DNA of 64,000 nt from assembly GCF_009914755.1 (NCBI RefSeq), contig NC_060935.1; one strand, given 5' to 3'. The position numbers and the translations under genes were made by a program. Of this stretch, positions 57,270 to 64,000 are shown piece after piece. Under the pieces are notes generated by a model. That model was not told the origin of the DNA. It worked only from the letters and a program-made list of their open reading frames with translations, and did not search any database. The stretch is from the human T2T-CHM13v2.0 reference genome, Homo sapiens. Within the stretch, counting starts at the first letter, position 1. Every line of letters starts with the position of its first letter.

Positions 57270-63425
<6,156 letters not shown>

Positions 63426-64000
63426 TCCTGGAAATTGAGTCTATCACCTTTTAAATGTCTGAATAGGAAACATTTGTCATTTATTGTCTCTAAGGACCGC
63501 CACTATGAGATTTCAAAAGAATCTTGGTCTCTGCAATCTTTTATCTTAATGGCAACATTTCCTTTCTGTTGATCCCATGTCTTTAGACAAATTCAACCAA
63601 TTGTCAATCAGAAAATGTTTAAATTTACGTATAGCCTGGAATCCCCCTGTCCCCCCACCCCCACTTTGAGTTGCATACCTTTCTGAACCAAACCAATGTA
63701 TTTCTTAAATGTATTTGATTGATGTTTTATGCCTCCCTAAAATGTATAAAACCAAACTGAACCCTGACCAGCTAGGACACGTGTTCTCAGGACCTCCTGA
63801 GGGCTGTGTCATGGGCCATGGTCACTCATATTTGACTCAGAATAAATATCTTCAAATATTTTACAGAGTTTGATTCTTTTTGTTGACAGTAATTTATATA
63901 TATATATACATGAAAACAGGTTTATTTGGGTTATGGTTCTGTAGGGTGTACAGGAAGCATGGCACCAGCATCTGCTTCTGTTGAGGGCTCCTGGCTGCTT

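Overview
Human (primate) genomic DNA carrying the 3' two-thirds of PTPRJ (DEP-1/CD148, an R3 receptor tyrosine phosphatase) on the + strand. Eighteen coding exons (8-25 by back-counting from a 25-exon model) were assembled by hand from GT-AG boundaries between 1980 and 38892. They join in one frame through FN3 repeats, the TM helix, a 9-nt juxtamembrane microexon, the PTP domain (WPD, HCSAGVGR) and the C-terminal GYIA*. Setting the exon 8/9 split codon as residue 539 places E872, D1205, C1239, Y1311/Y1320 and the 1337-aa end at their known positions. A ~3.5 kb 3' UTR runs to ~42370; the rest is repeat-rich intergenic DNA. Repeat subfamily names are recognised from memory of consensus sequences and repeat boundaries are approximate. 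Most short ORFs in the track are Alu/L1 artefacts. I found no evidence of a wholly new multi-gene system. The best leads are: (1) two duplicated 'acceptor-Gly-stop' cassettes in intron 8, each followed by a sense L1 poly(A) signal, that would both make the same soluble 539-aa PTPRJ; (2) a frame-preserving 9-nt microexon holding the reported ERK-docking lysine; (3) a chimeric L1PA4/L1PA2 element with two 3' ends and a short transduction tag, nested in MER4 inside MST; (4) an antisense LTR18 30 bp from exon 18; (5) strong CTCF-like motifs just past the gene end.
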